This document shows positions 9,523 through 18,533 of a stretch of DNA of 64,000 nucleotides, one piece after another. Within the stretch, counting starts at the first letter, position 1; each line of letters begins with the position of its first letter. A model generated the notes under the pieces. The model had not been told where the DNA came from and searched no databases. It saw only the letters and a program-made list of their open reading frames with translations. The position numbers and the translations under genes were made by a program. Source of the DNA: Thermoplasmatota archaeon (lineage in GTDB: Archaea; Thermoplasmatota; Penumbrarchaeia; Penumbrarchaeales; Penumbrarchaeaceae); assembly GCA_049472215.1 (NCBI GenBank), contig JBLIRH010000002.1, forward strand, positions 23,815-87,814, read 5' to 3'.

Positions 9523-10257
9523 ATGGAAGGAAAGGATGGGGAGAGCTGTTTCGGAGTGGACCAACTTGACAACATCACCCTGGGAAAGATCTTACCCGGT
9601 TCCCTGGGCCTTTTCCATGGTCCAGCCGGTTGCGGGAAAAGTTCCATGCTCTATCATTTTCTTTTTCAGGGCGCGGGAATGAACAACAACGTTTGTTTCA
9701 TCACGAACGAACCACCAGACAGGATCTCTTCCCATATGTCATCCTTCAGGACCTTCCAATCGAACTGGTTGAAGGACGGATACATCTCGATATTCAACAT
9801 CCAGGACTTGATGGGTTTGATCGGCATGGACCTCGAAAATACAGGCCCCCAGGATGTTGACCTGTTCTTCGACCTCCTGGTACAGGTCGTCCAGCATCTT
9901 GATGCGAAAAGGCTCGTTATTGATCCTGTAAATCCGCTCCTTGAGATCCTGGAGGATTGGAACAAGGTCTTTTTCCTCCAGAGGTTGAAGGGAAAACTGG
10001 TCGAATTGGGGGTCTCGACCTTCATGGCAATGGATACGAACCTCCCCCTCCACGAGATGGACCTTAGATGCATGGAGCCCTACAATTTCAACATCATCAT
10101 CGGATTCAAGAAGGAGAAAGAGCCCCCAGTAATATTGAACACGATGACCATAGAGCGTTGGAAGGGGACCTCACACGCAAAGAACACGTACGTCATAGAG
10201 GTCTCGAAAGATGGTGTCTTCCTTGTGCCCAGGATCAAGCCCTTGGAGGTGAGATAG
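9523..10257 (+). CDS. KaiC/RecA-like ATPase
   Basis: Walker A HGPAGCGKSS, Walker B-like LVIDPVNPLL, KaiC-like order of elements. Confidence 0.8.
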   Translation: MEGKDGESCFGVDQLDNITLGKILPGSLGLFHGPAGCGKSSMLYHFLFQGAGMNNNVCFITNEPPDRISSHMSSFRTFQSNWLKDGYISIFNIQDLMGLIGMDLENTGPQDVDLFFDLLVQVVQHLDAKRLVIDPVNPLLEILEDWNKVFFLQRLKGKLVELGVSTFMAMDTNLPLHEMDLRCMEPYNFNIIIGFKKEKEPPVILNTMTIERWKGTSHAKNTYVIEVSKDGVFLVPRIKPLEVR

Positions 10258-10839
10258 ATGGTGGTCCAGAAGGTCAAATCCGTGTCCGACACAAGCTTGA
10301 GACCGGGGGCGCAGATCATGATCTCTTCCTCAGGGGAAGCGTTCATCAAGACCTTTACCGAATTGATCGAGAGACTCACCAAGAAAATGGGGAGAAAGGG
10401 GGTACTCATCTCCACCCAATGGTCGGCGAACGCCCTGTCGAGAAGGATCTCTCTCTCAAAGCTTCCCAAAAAGAGCGTCAAGGTGATCGATACTATCTCA
10501 CTATCCATGGGATCGAAGCTTCCCGCGACCGACGATTTCGCATTTCTGTCCACACCGGTCAGCCTTGAATCCATCCTCATGGAGATAGAACGAACCTTTC
10601 GGGGTTCCAACGGAGAGTATACATTCCTCCTTCTGGATTCCCTGACGCATTTGAACAGATATTATACCGAAGGGCAGATCAACGAATTCTTCCACTTTCT
10701 GCTCAGCAGGATGCTGGAAGAACAATGCCTGGTCATCCTGTTCGATCAGGAACCTCCTGGAAGCTCCAGGATATCTGACCAGCTTTCCAACATGATCGAT
10801 CAAACTCTTCAGCTCATGCCTGGAGGTGACCGCAAATGA
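10258..10839 (+). CDS. KaiC/RecA-like protein with degenerate Walker A
   Basis: Directly abuts the preceding stop; YTFLLLDSLTHLNRYY resembles Walker B; LRPGAQIMISSSGEAFIKTF stands where Walker A is expected but lacks GK[ST]. Confidence 0.6.
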   Translation: MVVQKVKSVSDTSLRPGAQIMISSSGEAFIKTFTELIERLTKKMGRKGVLISTQWSANALSRRISLSKLPKKSVKVIDTISLSMGSKLPATDDFAFLSTPVSLESILMEIERTFRGSNGEYTFLLLDSLTHLNRYYTEGQINEFFHFLLSRMLEEQCLVILFDQEPPGSSRISDQLSNMIDQTLQLMPGGDRK

Positions 10840-11582
10840 GGCTGATGGTCGGGAACGAGGATGTATCAAAAAGGATCATTTCCAAGGTCGGACTGTCAAA
10901 GTTGATACTCTTCAAGTCCGGCAAGGGAAGCGGGGGGGATCTTCTTCTCAAGCAAATGTTCGAGAACGTTCCTGAGGGAACGAACTCGATCTTTATCTCC
11001 ACACATCAGACGGAAGGGGAGCTGATGGAGGATCTGCTCGACCTGGGGATCGAAAGACAACCTGAACTTATTTCCCTGCTTCCAGTGATCGACCTCAGGC
11101 TATCAGAGGTGGCCAAGAGGGACAGGTTCATCAACGAAGGCATCATGGTGACGGATCTTCTGGAGATCTCGTCTTACTCGAGCGACAGGCCTGCATCTCA
11201 AAATACGCATATGAAGGTCCTCTCGACACTTTCTGATATTTCCTCAAAGCAGGTCCTGCCTTTCAGGATGGTGATAGATACCCTCGTCGATCTGGTGGAG
11301 GAATCCTCCCCCGAGGAGATCATCGACAGATTGAGGATCCTTAAGAGGTCCATAAGGGAAAATCAAGGACTCGTCATCGTGGGGTGCCCCCAGGGATACG
11401 ACGTTTTCCAGGACCTTGAGCAGACCCTTTTCGATGTTATCATAGAGGTCAAGGCGGAGAAGAGGGGTGAAGCATGGTTCAGGACCCTGAGCTTCGCTCA
11501 CATTAAGGGTTCGGGAGAACCCCCGGAGGAATGGCAGATCTCGACAGTTAAGGATATTCCCACAGCTCTTTCCGTTGACTGA
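10836..11582 (+). CDS. KaiC/RecA-like protein with degenerate Walker A
   Basis: ATGA overlap with upstream gene; KLILFKSGKGSGGDLLLKQMF and TNSIFISTHQTEGELMEDLLDLG match the KaiC-like core; no canonical GxxxxGK[ST]. Confidence 0.6.
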   Translation: MRLMVGNEDVSKRIISKVGLSKLILFKSGKGSGGDLLLKQMFENVPEGTNSIFISTHQTEGELMEDLLDLGIERQPELISLLPVIDLRLSEVAKRDRFINEGIMVTDLLEISSYSSDRPASQNTHMKVLSTLSDISSKQVLPFRMVIDTLVDLVEESSPEEIIDRLRILKRSIRENQGLVIVGCPQGYDVFQDLEQTLFDVIIEVKAEKRGEAWFRTLSFAHIKGSGEPPEEWQISTVKDIPTALSVD

Positions 11583-11656
11583 GAGCGGTAGTTATTCTAC
11601 CAAGGTTCCAAATTGGAGGATAAGCTTATATTCTAATAATTCCGCTCTTTCGATGT

Positions 11657-11932
11657 ATGGAAAAACACCGGGGCAACGGGCAGGTCCACATACACAGCTG
11701 CCTCCCATATTCGGATAAGTTCAACATGGAGAGTTTCTACTCTTCATACGAGCAGGATAGATGCCCCCGGTGCGGTTCCAAACACATTACCGTTTTCAAC
11801 AATGTGGTCACGAACCCCAAAGATGAGAAGCCCGTCTCCGGAGACCTCAGGTTCGGTACATTAGTGGTCGGTAAATGTCTCAGCTGCGGCATCCAGCTAC
11901 CGATGCGGTTCAAATGCATAAGGGAGGCCTGA
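11657..11932 (+). CDS. Small zinc-ribbon protein
   Basis: CPRCGSKHITVF...GKCLSCGIQLP: two CxxC pairs. Confidence 0.7.
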   Translation: MEKHRGNGQVHIHSCLPYSDKFNMESFYSSYEQDRCPRCGSKHITVFNNVVTNPKDEKPVSGDLRFGTLVVGKCLSCGIQLPMRFKCIREA

Positions 11933-11964
11933 ACCAGTTCCCCCCTAATACAGTTCAGGCCTCC
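11923..11964. terminator. 12-bp perfect inverted repeat overlapping both convergent gene ends
   Basis: GGAGGCCTGAAC (11923-11934) ... GTTCAGGCCTCC (11953-11964), 18-nt loop, followed by TTT on the plus strand. Confidence 0.6.
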
Positions 11965-12778
11965 TTTCAACAAGGACCGGGATCCTCCTTCTTATCTCCC
12001 TGATCCTTCCTGGATCGATCCTGGCCCTGGCATATCCGCTGCTGTCATCGAGCCTGCAAAGGACATCCCCGAACGGAGCGACGACCATCGAATGACCTCC
12101 CATTGCAGTGGGTCCGTGATCCCCCACACCGCCAACCCCTATGACATAACACTGGTTCTCGATCGCCCTAGCCATGATCAGGGTCTCCCACTGGAATATC
12201 CTGAATGCCGGCCATTGGGCAGGATAGACAAGGATATCCACACCATTAAGCACATGTTTCCTCGCCAGCTCGGGAAATCGTACCTCATAGCAGATAAGGG
12301 GGGCGATCCTTGCCCCTTCCAAGGAAAATTCGGTCAGCGTCTTGCCCGGTGTGAAGAACTCATCTTCCCCCGCCCTTGAGAACAGATGGGTCTTATCGTA
12401 TGTGGCTAATTTCCTGCCGTCGCGGTCCAGGACCATGAACCGATTGTAGAACCTACCCTTGTCATTTATGACCAAAGTGAACATGATCGCAGTGGAATGT
12501 TCCCTGGCGATCTTGCCCATGTAACGAATGGTATCGGGGGCCTTTTTCGAGAGCTCTGGAAGGCTTTCATAGTGGAAACCGGTTGCAAAGACCTCCGGAA
12601 GGACTACAATATCCATCGGCCCCTCCCTGGAAGCGCTTTCAATCAGAGAAGAAGTGCTTGAGAGGTTCTCCTCGATGTTTCCGAGTGAAAGTTTTGGTTG
12701 GACTATACAGACCTCGAGGGGATCTTTCCATTCCGACTCCGGTATCGTCCCTATCGGATCACCCCTAGGATCATTCAG
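11945..12778 (-). CDS. Carbon-nitrogen hydrolase (nitrilase superfamily, omega-amidase-like)
   Basis: Catalytic elements VVLPEVFATGF, YDKTHLFSRAGE, PLICYEVRFPELAR, VYPAQWPAFRIFQWETLIMARAIENQCYVIGV. Start unresolved: no ATG/GTG/TTG in frame near the domain start; CTG at 12778 overlaps the trx stop. Confidence 0.85.
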   Translation of the reverse strand: MNDPRGDPIGTIPESEWKDPLEVCIVQPKLSLGNIEENLSSTSSLIESASREGPMDIVVLPEVFATGFHYESLPELSKKAPDTIRYMGKIAREHSTAIMFTLVINDKGRFYNRFMVLDRDGRKLATYDKTHLFSRAGEDEFFTPGKTLTEFSLEGARIAPLICYEVRFPELARKHVLNGVDILVYPAQWPAFRIFQWETLIMARAIENQCYVIGVGGVGDHGPTAMGGHSMVVAPFGDVLCRLDDSSGYARARIDPGRIREIRRRIPVLVERRPELY

Positions 12779-13104
12779 AGGAGCTCCCTGATCTCCGTGA
12801 TCATCTTGCTCTTGGGGATGAAACCCATCTTTGACTTGATCATCTTTCCGCCCCTGTAAAATGCAAAGGTCGGGATAGACCTTATCCCCATGGACATCGA
12901 TGTCTTCATGTTCTTGGTGACATCCATCTTTCCGAAGGCCACCTGGCCCTTCATCTCCGCAGCAAGCTGTTCGAGCACTGGTGCCATCATCTTGCATGGG
13001 GCGCAGGAGGGGCCCCAGAAATCGACCACGGCTATGTTGTACTTCCTTGTGAATTCATCTATGGTGGAGTCTGTAAGTTCCACCGGTCTATCCGGCCAGT
13101 CCAT
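12775..13104 (-). CDS. Thioredoxin (CAPC active site)
   Basis: VVDFWGPSCAPCKMMAPVLEQLA...KMDVTKN...GIRSIPTFAFYRGGK. Confidence 0.93.
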   Translation of the reverse strand: MDWPDRPVELTDSTIDEFTRKYNIAVVDFWGPSCAPCKMMAPVLEQLAAEMKGQVAFGKMDVTKNMKTSMSMGIRSIPTFAFYRGGKMIKSKMGFIPKSKMITEIRELL

Positions 13105-13257
13105 GAGAGCACTTCCTTGTTGAGGGTTCCTTATGGAAGTGGTCTATTTATTGTTTTTTTCTGCTTTGTTCATTGAGATTCCAAATGGACCCACCGGGAT
13201 AAGCGGTAAAGGAATAATAGCAACATTACCATACCTGGTAAAAGAGGAATTGATACC

Positions 13258-13458
13258 ATGCAGCTCAAACTGAACATGAAATGCCCGCTTTGCGAGGAGG
13301 AAGCTTCTTTAAAGGTCTACAAGTTCAACGAGGACCATATAAAACAGAAGGCAGAACTCTCGGGCCAGTGCATAAAATGCCCCATGGAGTTCGAGTACGT
13401 GGTCAAGGGGATCGACAATATGATCAAGCTCCGTGAGCTTGTTTTTGAAGAAGGATGA
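13258..13458 (+). CDS. Small zinc-ribbon protein (66 aa)
   Basis: MKCPLCEEEASLKVYKF...GQCIKCPMEFEYVVKG: two CxxC pairs. Confidence 0.65.
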   Translation: MQLKLNMKCPLCEEEASLKVYKFNEDHIKQKAELSGQCIKCPMEFEYVVKGIDNMIKLRELVFEEG

Positions 13459-13533
13459 TTTCGGAAAATTTCTGATCATATGCCAACTATTATTTTCGTT
13501 TTCCGATAATTAGGAAGTTTTTATTATATAGAA

Positions 13534-13548
13534 AACAATGAAATTGTT
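13534..13548. repeat. Short inverted repeat AACAAT-GAA-ATTGTT between TATA-like box and start codon
   Basis: Directly abuts ATG 13549 and follows ttattatata at 13521-13530. Confidence 0.5.
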
Positions 13549-13704
13549 ATGGATGACATGAGATGTCCTAACTGTAATTCCGGTTTCGTAATCCATTTCT
13601 GCATCGGTACAAAGGAAGGATATATGAACTTCTGTCCGGCATGTCGTTCAAAATGGGATGCCATACTTCCGATCAAGGCCCTGTACGGCATCGGTCATCC
13701 TTGA
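13549..13704 (+). CDS. Very small zinc-ribbon protein (51 aa), not in the supplied ORF track
   Basis: Manual translation: MDDMRCPNCNSGFVIHFCIGTKEGYMNFCPACRSKWDAILPIKALYGIGHP*. Two CxxC pairs; TATA-like box 13521-13530 about 20-28 nt upstream. Confidence 0.6.
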   Translation: MDDMRCPNCNSGFVIHFCIGTKEGYMNFCPACRSKWDAILPIKALYGIGHP

Positions 13705-13751
13705 GATCGGATTGAAAAACAATTTAACACCAACCGGTGTTACGGTCTCCG

Positions 13752-13946
13752 ATGTCGACCATTCCTGAATGGGACGAGCTTGTCTGCATAAGATGCGTTG
13801 CCTGTGTAGGGAGCTGCCCCGTGGGAGCCATGAGATTTTCCAACAACAGGATCCATATGATCGAGGACATCTGCATAGGATGCGGACGCTGTACAAGGAT
13901 CTGTCCTGTCGGGGCTTTGAACAAAGGAGGGGCTTCCGATGCCTGA
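13752..13946 (+). CDS. 2x[4Fe-4S] ferredoxin-like protein
   Basis: CIRCVACVGSCPVGA and CIGCGRCTRICPVGA; overlaps the start of the downstream reductase (13939). Confidence 0.88.
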   Translation: MSTIPEWDELVCIRCVACVGSCPVGAMRFSNNRIHMIEDICIGCGRCTRICPVGALNKGGASDA

Positions 13947-15132
13947 TATTATCGAGGTTGACTGCCTCATTATTGGAGCAGGGCCTGCAGGTAGCATAAC
14001 AGCAAGGGAGGTCGCCCGAGGAGGGTGGAAGGTCCTCATGATCGAAAAGAGGCCGGAAATTGGGGTTCCTGTTCGATGCGGGGAAGGCATCTCCAAGGAG
14101 CTATTGGACCTTATAGGACTGAAAAGCAACTCATCTTTCGTTCTATCCGAGATGGATGGTGCCAGGATCATATCACCCGGCGGACATGTCCTCACACTTG
14201 GCCCGGAGATCGCTGGCCCCGAGGTAGGCTTCGTCATCGACAGGGAGAAGTTCGATCAGGAACTTGCAGGTATGGCCGCAAGGGCTGGAGCAGAGATCTG
14301 GGTAAGGGCCGAGGCCGTCTCATATGAGGATACCGGGGATGGTGTTTCGGTCAGGGTCAAAGTTCTTTCCGATACCATCGAGGTCAAAGCCAGGGTCGTG
14401 GTAGCTGCCGATGGATTTGAATCACTGGTCGCAAGGTGGGCGGGAATTGGCACCGATCTTGACCTCAAGGACATCGATACATGCCTGCAGTACGAGATGG
14501 TGGGTGTCGAGACCAGCGGCAATTACACCGAGTTCTTTCTGGGCAGGAAATATGTCCCCGGGGGCTACATCTGGTGCTTCCCCAAGGGGCCTGACACCGC
14601 AAATATCGGCCTCGGCGTGAACGGCAGCATGCTGGAAGGAGTTGCTGACGCAAAAAAGTATCTTGATGATTTCATCGCACAGAACCCAAGGTTCTCAAAG
14701 GGGAAGATCACCGAGGTCAACGGAGGTGGCGTTTCGGTATCCCTTCCTCCGGAAGAAACGGTAGCGGACCACCTTGTGATAGTTGGTGATGCTGCGAGGA
14801 TGATAGACCCGCTTACAGGAGGGGGTATCTACAACGGCTGCTATGCAGCCCTTCAAGCGGGAAGGACCATATGCGAAGCTCTTCAAAACGGAGATACCTC
14901 CAAAGCCTCCCTGGAGCCATACGAAAGGAGGTGGAGGGACAGGTTGGAAATTGAGATGGCGCGGAACTACCTGGCAAAGGAGAAGCTCCTCGAGGTCTCC
15001 GATGAGACACTGGACAAGGTGATCTCGGCCATCTCGGAATATGAACTCAAGGAGATCTCAACCCAGGAGCTTCTCAAGGCTCTTGCTTCGAAATATCCCG
15101 AGGTCATCAGGGAGCTCGGGGACCTTGTTTGA
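13939..15132 (+). CDS. Geranylgeranyl reductase family protein (archaeal lipid saturation)
   Basis: FAD-binding DCLIIGAGPAGSITAREVA..G..VLMIEKRPEIGVPVRCGEGIS, and GDAARMIDPLTGGGIYNGCYAA. Confidence 0.92.
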   Translation: MPDIIEVDCLIIGAGPAGSITAREVARGGWKVLMIEKRPEIGVPVRCGEGISKELLDLIGLKSNSSFVLSEMDGARIISPGGHVLTLGPEIAGPEVGFVIDREKFDQELAGMAARAGAEIWVRAEAVSYEDTGDGVSVRVKVLSDTIEVKARVVVAADGFESLVARWAGIGTDLDLKDIDTCLQYEMVGVETSGNYTEFFLGRKYVPGGYIWCFPKGPDTANIGLGVNGSMLEGVADAKKYLDDFIAQNPRFSKGKITEVNGGGVSVSLPPEETVADHLVIVGDAARMIDPLTGGGIYNGCYAALQAGRTICEALQNGDTSKASLEPYERRWRDRLEIEMARNYLAKEKLLEVSDETLDKVISAISEYELKEISTQELLKALASKYPEVIRELGDLV

Positions 15133-15186
15133 TGGTCATGGTTCCATTTTAATACCATCTTACCCATACCCGGCCAAGGTGATGTG

Positions 15187-15657
15187 ATGACCACGTATGC
15201 AAAGATTGAGACGAACTACGGTGAAATGGTGGTGAGGCTTGAAACTGACAAGGCTCCGATCACCACTCAGAACTTCATGAAGCTGGCCGATTCAGGCTTC
15301 TATAACGGATTGATCTTCCACAGGGTGATCCCCGATTTCATGATACAGGGAGGCTGCCCGAAGGGCACGGGGACCGGAGGGCCGGGATACAATATCAAGG
15401 ACGAGTTCCACCCGCAGCTCCGGCATTCCAAGGGGGCGCTTTCCATGGCCAACGCCGGCCCCAACACTGGAGGATCCCAGTTCTTCATAGTGACCAAGAA
15501 CGGCGGCACTCCCTGGCTTGACAACCACCACAGCGTCTTCGGTTATATCGTCCAGGGGCAGGAAGTTGCTGACAAGATCCAGGCGGTCCCCAAGGGAGCG
15601 AACGATCGGCCGATCACTCCAGTCCAGATGAAGAAGGTCACCATCTTCCAGCAGTGA
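15187..15657 (+). CDS. Cyclophilin-type peptidyl-prolyl cis-trans isomerase
   Basis: [31 protein letters not shown]...[16 protein letters not shown]...[14 protein letters not shown]. Confidence 0.95.
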   Translation: MTTYAKIETNYGEMVVRLETDKAPITTQNFMKLADSGFYNGLIFHRVIPDFMIQGGCPKGTGTGGPGYNIKDEFHPQLRHSKGALSMANAGPNTGGSQFFIVTKNGGTPWLDNHHSVFGYIVQGQEVADKIQAVPKGANDRPITPVQMKKVTIFQQ

Positions 15658-15698
15658 TCAACTTCGAGGGGCCAGAACCCTCGGATACGAGGAAACGA

Positions 15699-18353
15699 TC
15701 ACTGCGGAAGCTCTACCTGTGGCGGTGCTTCCTGAGAGGCCCCCTGAGGAGTCTGCTGGGGGGCAGGCGGGATCGTTTGAGGAACCTGAGCTGTTGGGAC
15801 AGTCTGGCCCATAGCCTGGGGTTGCGCAGGGGGAAGCCCTTCGGGCGGCTGTGTCTGGGGTAGAGCCTGACCTTGAGACTGCGGGGCTCCGTACAACTGC
15901 TCGGCTGTCATAGCCTGCGGACCGCCGAAGACCATATCCTCTACGGACTGGTCCTGCTGCGGAATGTACATCGGTTCAGGCTCCTCCTTCTTCTCCTTCT
16001 TCCCGAGGAAGAATATCAGGAAGACCACGATGACCAGGATGATTATCAGTATGATAACGGAGGGGATCACTATCACGATCGGGTTCAAACCTTTCTTGGA
16101 GCCTCCGTTTCCATCCGTGGTCCCGACATTCACCTGGGGGACCTTTGCTCCGAACCCGCCGGAATCCCATGATTTGATTATCGTCACCTGACCTGTGGTC
16201 TTGGTCGCAGTGGTCTTCATGCTGGCGGTCACGTAAATGACGAAATCCGGATTGACGTTCATCTCATCGAGTTCCGCGACGGTGACGGTTATCTCGACCC
16301 CCATTTCCGTATCGAGCTTGCGGATGGCGGGGACCTTGTCAACGAGAGGATAGTATATGACCGATATCTGCCTGAGATCGAACTGCATCTTGTTGTATCG
16401 GTAGTTGGAGGTAGGAACCGGGAAAGAATAGGTGGGAATGTCCGAATCCCTCGGAGCCACCCTGTCCTCGAGGAAATCAGGTTTGAGGAAATATACGTCC
16501 AGGATCGGCTCCTGCTGCTTATCCTGAGTGAAGAGATAGTCCATCTTCTCCCCGAAGTTGATGCGAATACGGTACAACCTCTCGTTACCTGGGTCCCTGT
16601 ATCCTTCAACCGTCCTGATGTCAATGGATTCCTTGGAATCGAATTCCATGAACATCTCCTCCTGGCTTCTGTGGAGGACCAGGGGGTCGGAGACATTATC
16701 ATTGTAGGATTGGTCGATCTCCTTGCCTTCGAAGATCTCACCCAGTATCCTGGTCTTGATCACCTTGATGGTCCTTGTCACATTGGAGTAGAACTCTCCA
16801 TCGGTAACGTTCAGGCCAATAGAATACTCTCCCTCCTTGGCAAAGAGGTGTTCTATTACCATCCCCTCGCCGATCCGTTCGCCATTAATGGACCATCTAT
16901 AGGTCAACTCCTGGCCATGGATCAGGTCGGGGTCAGTGCTCCTCGTTGCATTGAACTCAACAGGCCATGTCGTGTTGTAGACGAAGGTTTCCGAGGGGGA
17001 ATCCATCCTGGCGGATGGAGGATCGTTCTTGTTAACGATATGGAGTGTGAAATTCGAATATATCCTGTAGGGGGTCACGGGGTAGTCACCCCTCGTTCCG
17101 AGTTCCTCCGAAGGCCTGTCGTTCACCCAGGCTGCGACCGGGTAGTCCCCCACGAGCTTGTTTTCGGTCAAGAACTCAAGTGTACCTTTCTTGGAGTCGA
17201 ACTGGTATCCTTCGGTGAATTCGAGCTGGACACCGGAACGCTCGAATACGGTTGTGGTGATATTTGTGCCATACCTCAATACCTGCTCATAATCGGGATC
17301 GACATCCGTGGCGGTGAACTGGATAACGGCCTTAGTGTCCTCGTTGACATAATGGTCGTCGGGGAGTTCCATTACAGGGACATCGTTCACAGGTCCGACA
17401 TACACATAGAGGTCCCCGAGGACATAGGCTCCTTCCAGATCGGAGCAGTTGAAACGGAAATGTGCGAAGAAATCGGACCAGGTCTTGTCCCCGCCCGGCC
17501 GGTAGTTCTTACCCTTCAATCGATCCTGGGTCGGAACGTAAGGGCAAGCCCAGTCAGGTGTGGGGGTGAATATTATGGAAGATCCTTCCGGGTCAAGGTC
17601 TATCGATATGTTCTCCGGGCTTGCAAGGTCGTTCATCGGTGTGTAGGTGTAGAGCAGTGTGTCGTCCGGATCTCGGTTATCCCCGAAGATGTCATCGAGC
17701 TGATCATTGTCCTTGTTGATCCCGTCATAATAGGAATCCTCGTTCATCGCAATGGAAAAGAAATCCTTTTCGGAGATCTGGGTCGGGGGATCGTTCACGT
17801 TCAGTACCTCGATCCAAAGCTCCGCCATCGAGCTGCCCGTGGAGTTCCATGCCGTCACCTTTATCTTGAAATGGTCCTGACCGTAAATATAGGAATTGAA
17901 ATCGGGGTCCTTGCAGGTAACTGTCGCGGTTGCAAAGTTCGTGTCGTAATGGGAGGTTACGAACTTGACCTCGATCGGGGTCGTCGACTTGTCGTATCCC
18001 CAAGGATAGGCGACCTCGAAAGCCTTGTGTGGGTATTGGATCTCCCCTTCCTTCCAGTTATAGTTGGGATCGAAGAAAATATCGAGGGAACCCCTGCCAG
18101 TGCCGTAGAAATACTGACCCGAGAACTCGTTGAAGTCCTCATAGAGAGTGATCTCCACCACCGATCGGTTGACAATTGGACCGACAGCCCTGGTCAGATC
18201 GGCGGCAAGGACCGGAACATCGTCCCCAGAGGCGATGATCAAACCGGAAATGACCATTAGTAGGGATATCGATAAGCCTTTCAGGAACCTGGCATGCGTT
18301 GACATGACCATGCAGAACACCTCGACCCAAAAACGACTGGATACGACCCTCAA
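15699..18353 (-). CDS. Large secreted cadherin/PKD-like protein with C-terminal TM and P/Q-rich tail
   Basis: Signal sequence; VPVMELPDDHYVNEDTKAVIQFTATDVDPD-type repeats; PKD-like DPDLIHGQELTYRWSINGERIGEG...YSIGLNVTDG; TM IVIVIPSVIILIIILVIVVFLIFFLG; PQ-rich tail. Real start may be an internal Met near 18305-18311. Confidence 0.85.
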   Translation of the reverse strand: MRVVSSRFWVEVFCMVMSTHARFLKGLSISLLMVISGLIIASGDDVPVLAADLTRAVGPIVNRSVVEITLYEDFNEFSGQYFYGTGRGSLDIFFDPNYNWKEGEIQYPHKAFEVAYPWGYDKSTTPIEVKFVTSHYDTNFATATVTCKDPDFNSYIYGQDHFKIKVTAWNSTGSSMAELWIEVLNVNDPPTQISEKDFFSIAMNEDSYYDGINKDNDQLDDIFGDNRDPDDTLLYTYTPMNDLASPENISIDLDPEGSSIIFTPTPDWACPYVPTQDRLKGKNYRPGGDKTWSDFFAHFRFNCSDLEGAYVLGDLYVYVGPVNDVPVMELPDDHYVNEDTKAVIQFTATDVDPDYEQVLRYGTNITTTVFERSGVQLEFTEGYQFDSKKGTLEFLTENKLVGDYPVAAWVNDRPSEELGTRGDYPVTPYRIYSNFTLHIVNKNDPPSARMDSPSETFVYNTTWPVEFNATRSTDPDLIHGQELTYRWSINGERIGEGMVIEHLFAKEGEYSIGLNVTDGEFYSNVTRTIKVIKTRILGEIFEGKEIDQSYNDNVSDPLVLHRSQEEMFMEFDSKESIDIRTVEGYRDPGNERLYRIRINFGEKMDYLFTQDKQQEPILDVYFLKPDFLEDRVAPRDSDIPTYSFPVPTSNYRYNKMQFDLRQISVIYYPLVDKVPAIRKLDTEMGVEITVTVAELDEMNVNPDFVIYVTASMKTTATKTTGQVTIIKSWDSGGFGAKVPQVNVGTTDGNGGSKKGLNPIVIVIPSVIILIIILVIVVFLIFFLGKKEKKEEPEPMYIPQQDQSVEDMVFGGPQAMTAEQLYGAPQSQGQALPQTQPPEGLPPAQPQAMGQTVPTAQVPQTIPPAPQQTPQGASQEAPPQVELPQ

Positions 18354-18533
18354 AATGACCCTTCCATTATAAACATTTTGAGTTATCCCTTACTCGCGAC
18401 ACGGATCATGGACGGATATGTGATGCTTTCCTTTTTGAAACCACAAGGACCCTGACCAGATGTCCATAATGATATGGGCAAATCTTAATAACGGTTAGAG
18501 ACGATTCGAGAACAAGCTTGGGGGGGCGAAAGA

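Noticed and set aside
12779-12997. N-terminal extension of the nitrilase ORF
   Set aside because: Overlaps the thioredoxin coding sequence in another frame; sequence MQDDGTSARTACCGDEGPGG... is low-quality and not nitrilase-like.
16671-18260. 529-aa plus-strand ORF
   Set aside because: Fully antisense to the well-supported 884-aa secreted protein (signal peptide, domains, TM); protein has V/I/R/G-rich low-information composition typical of antisense ORFs.
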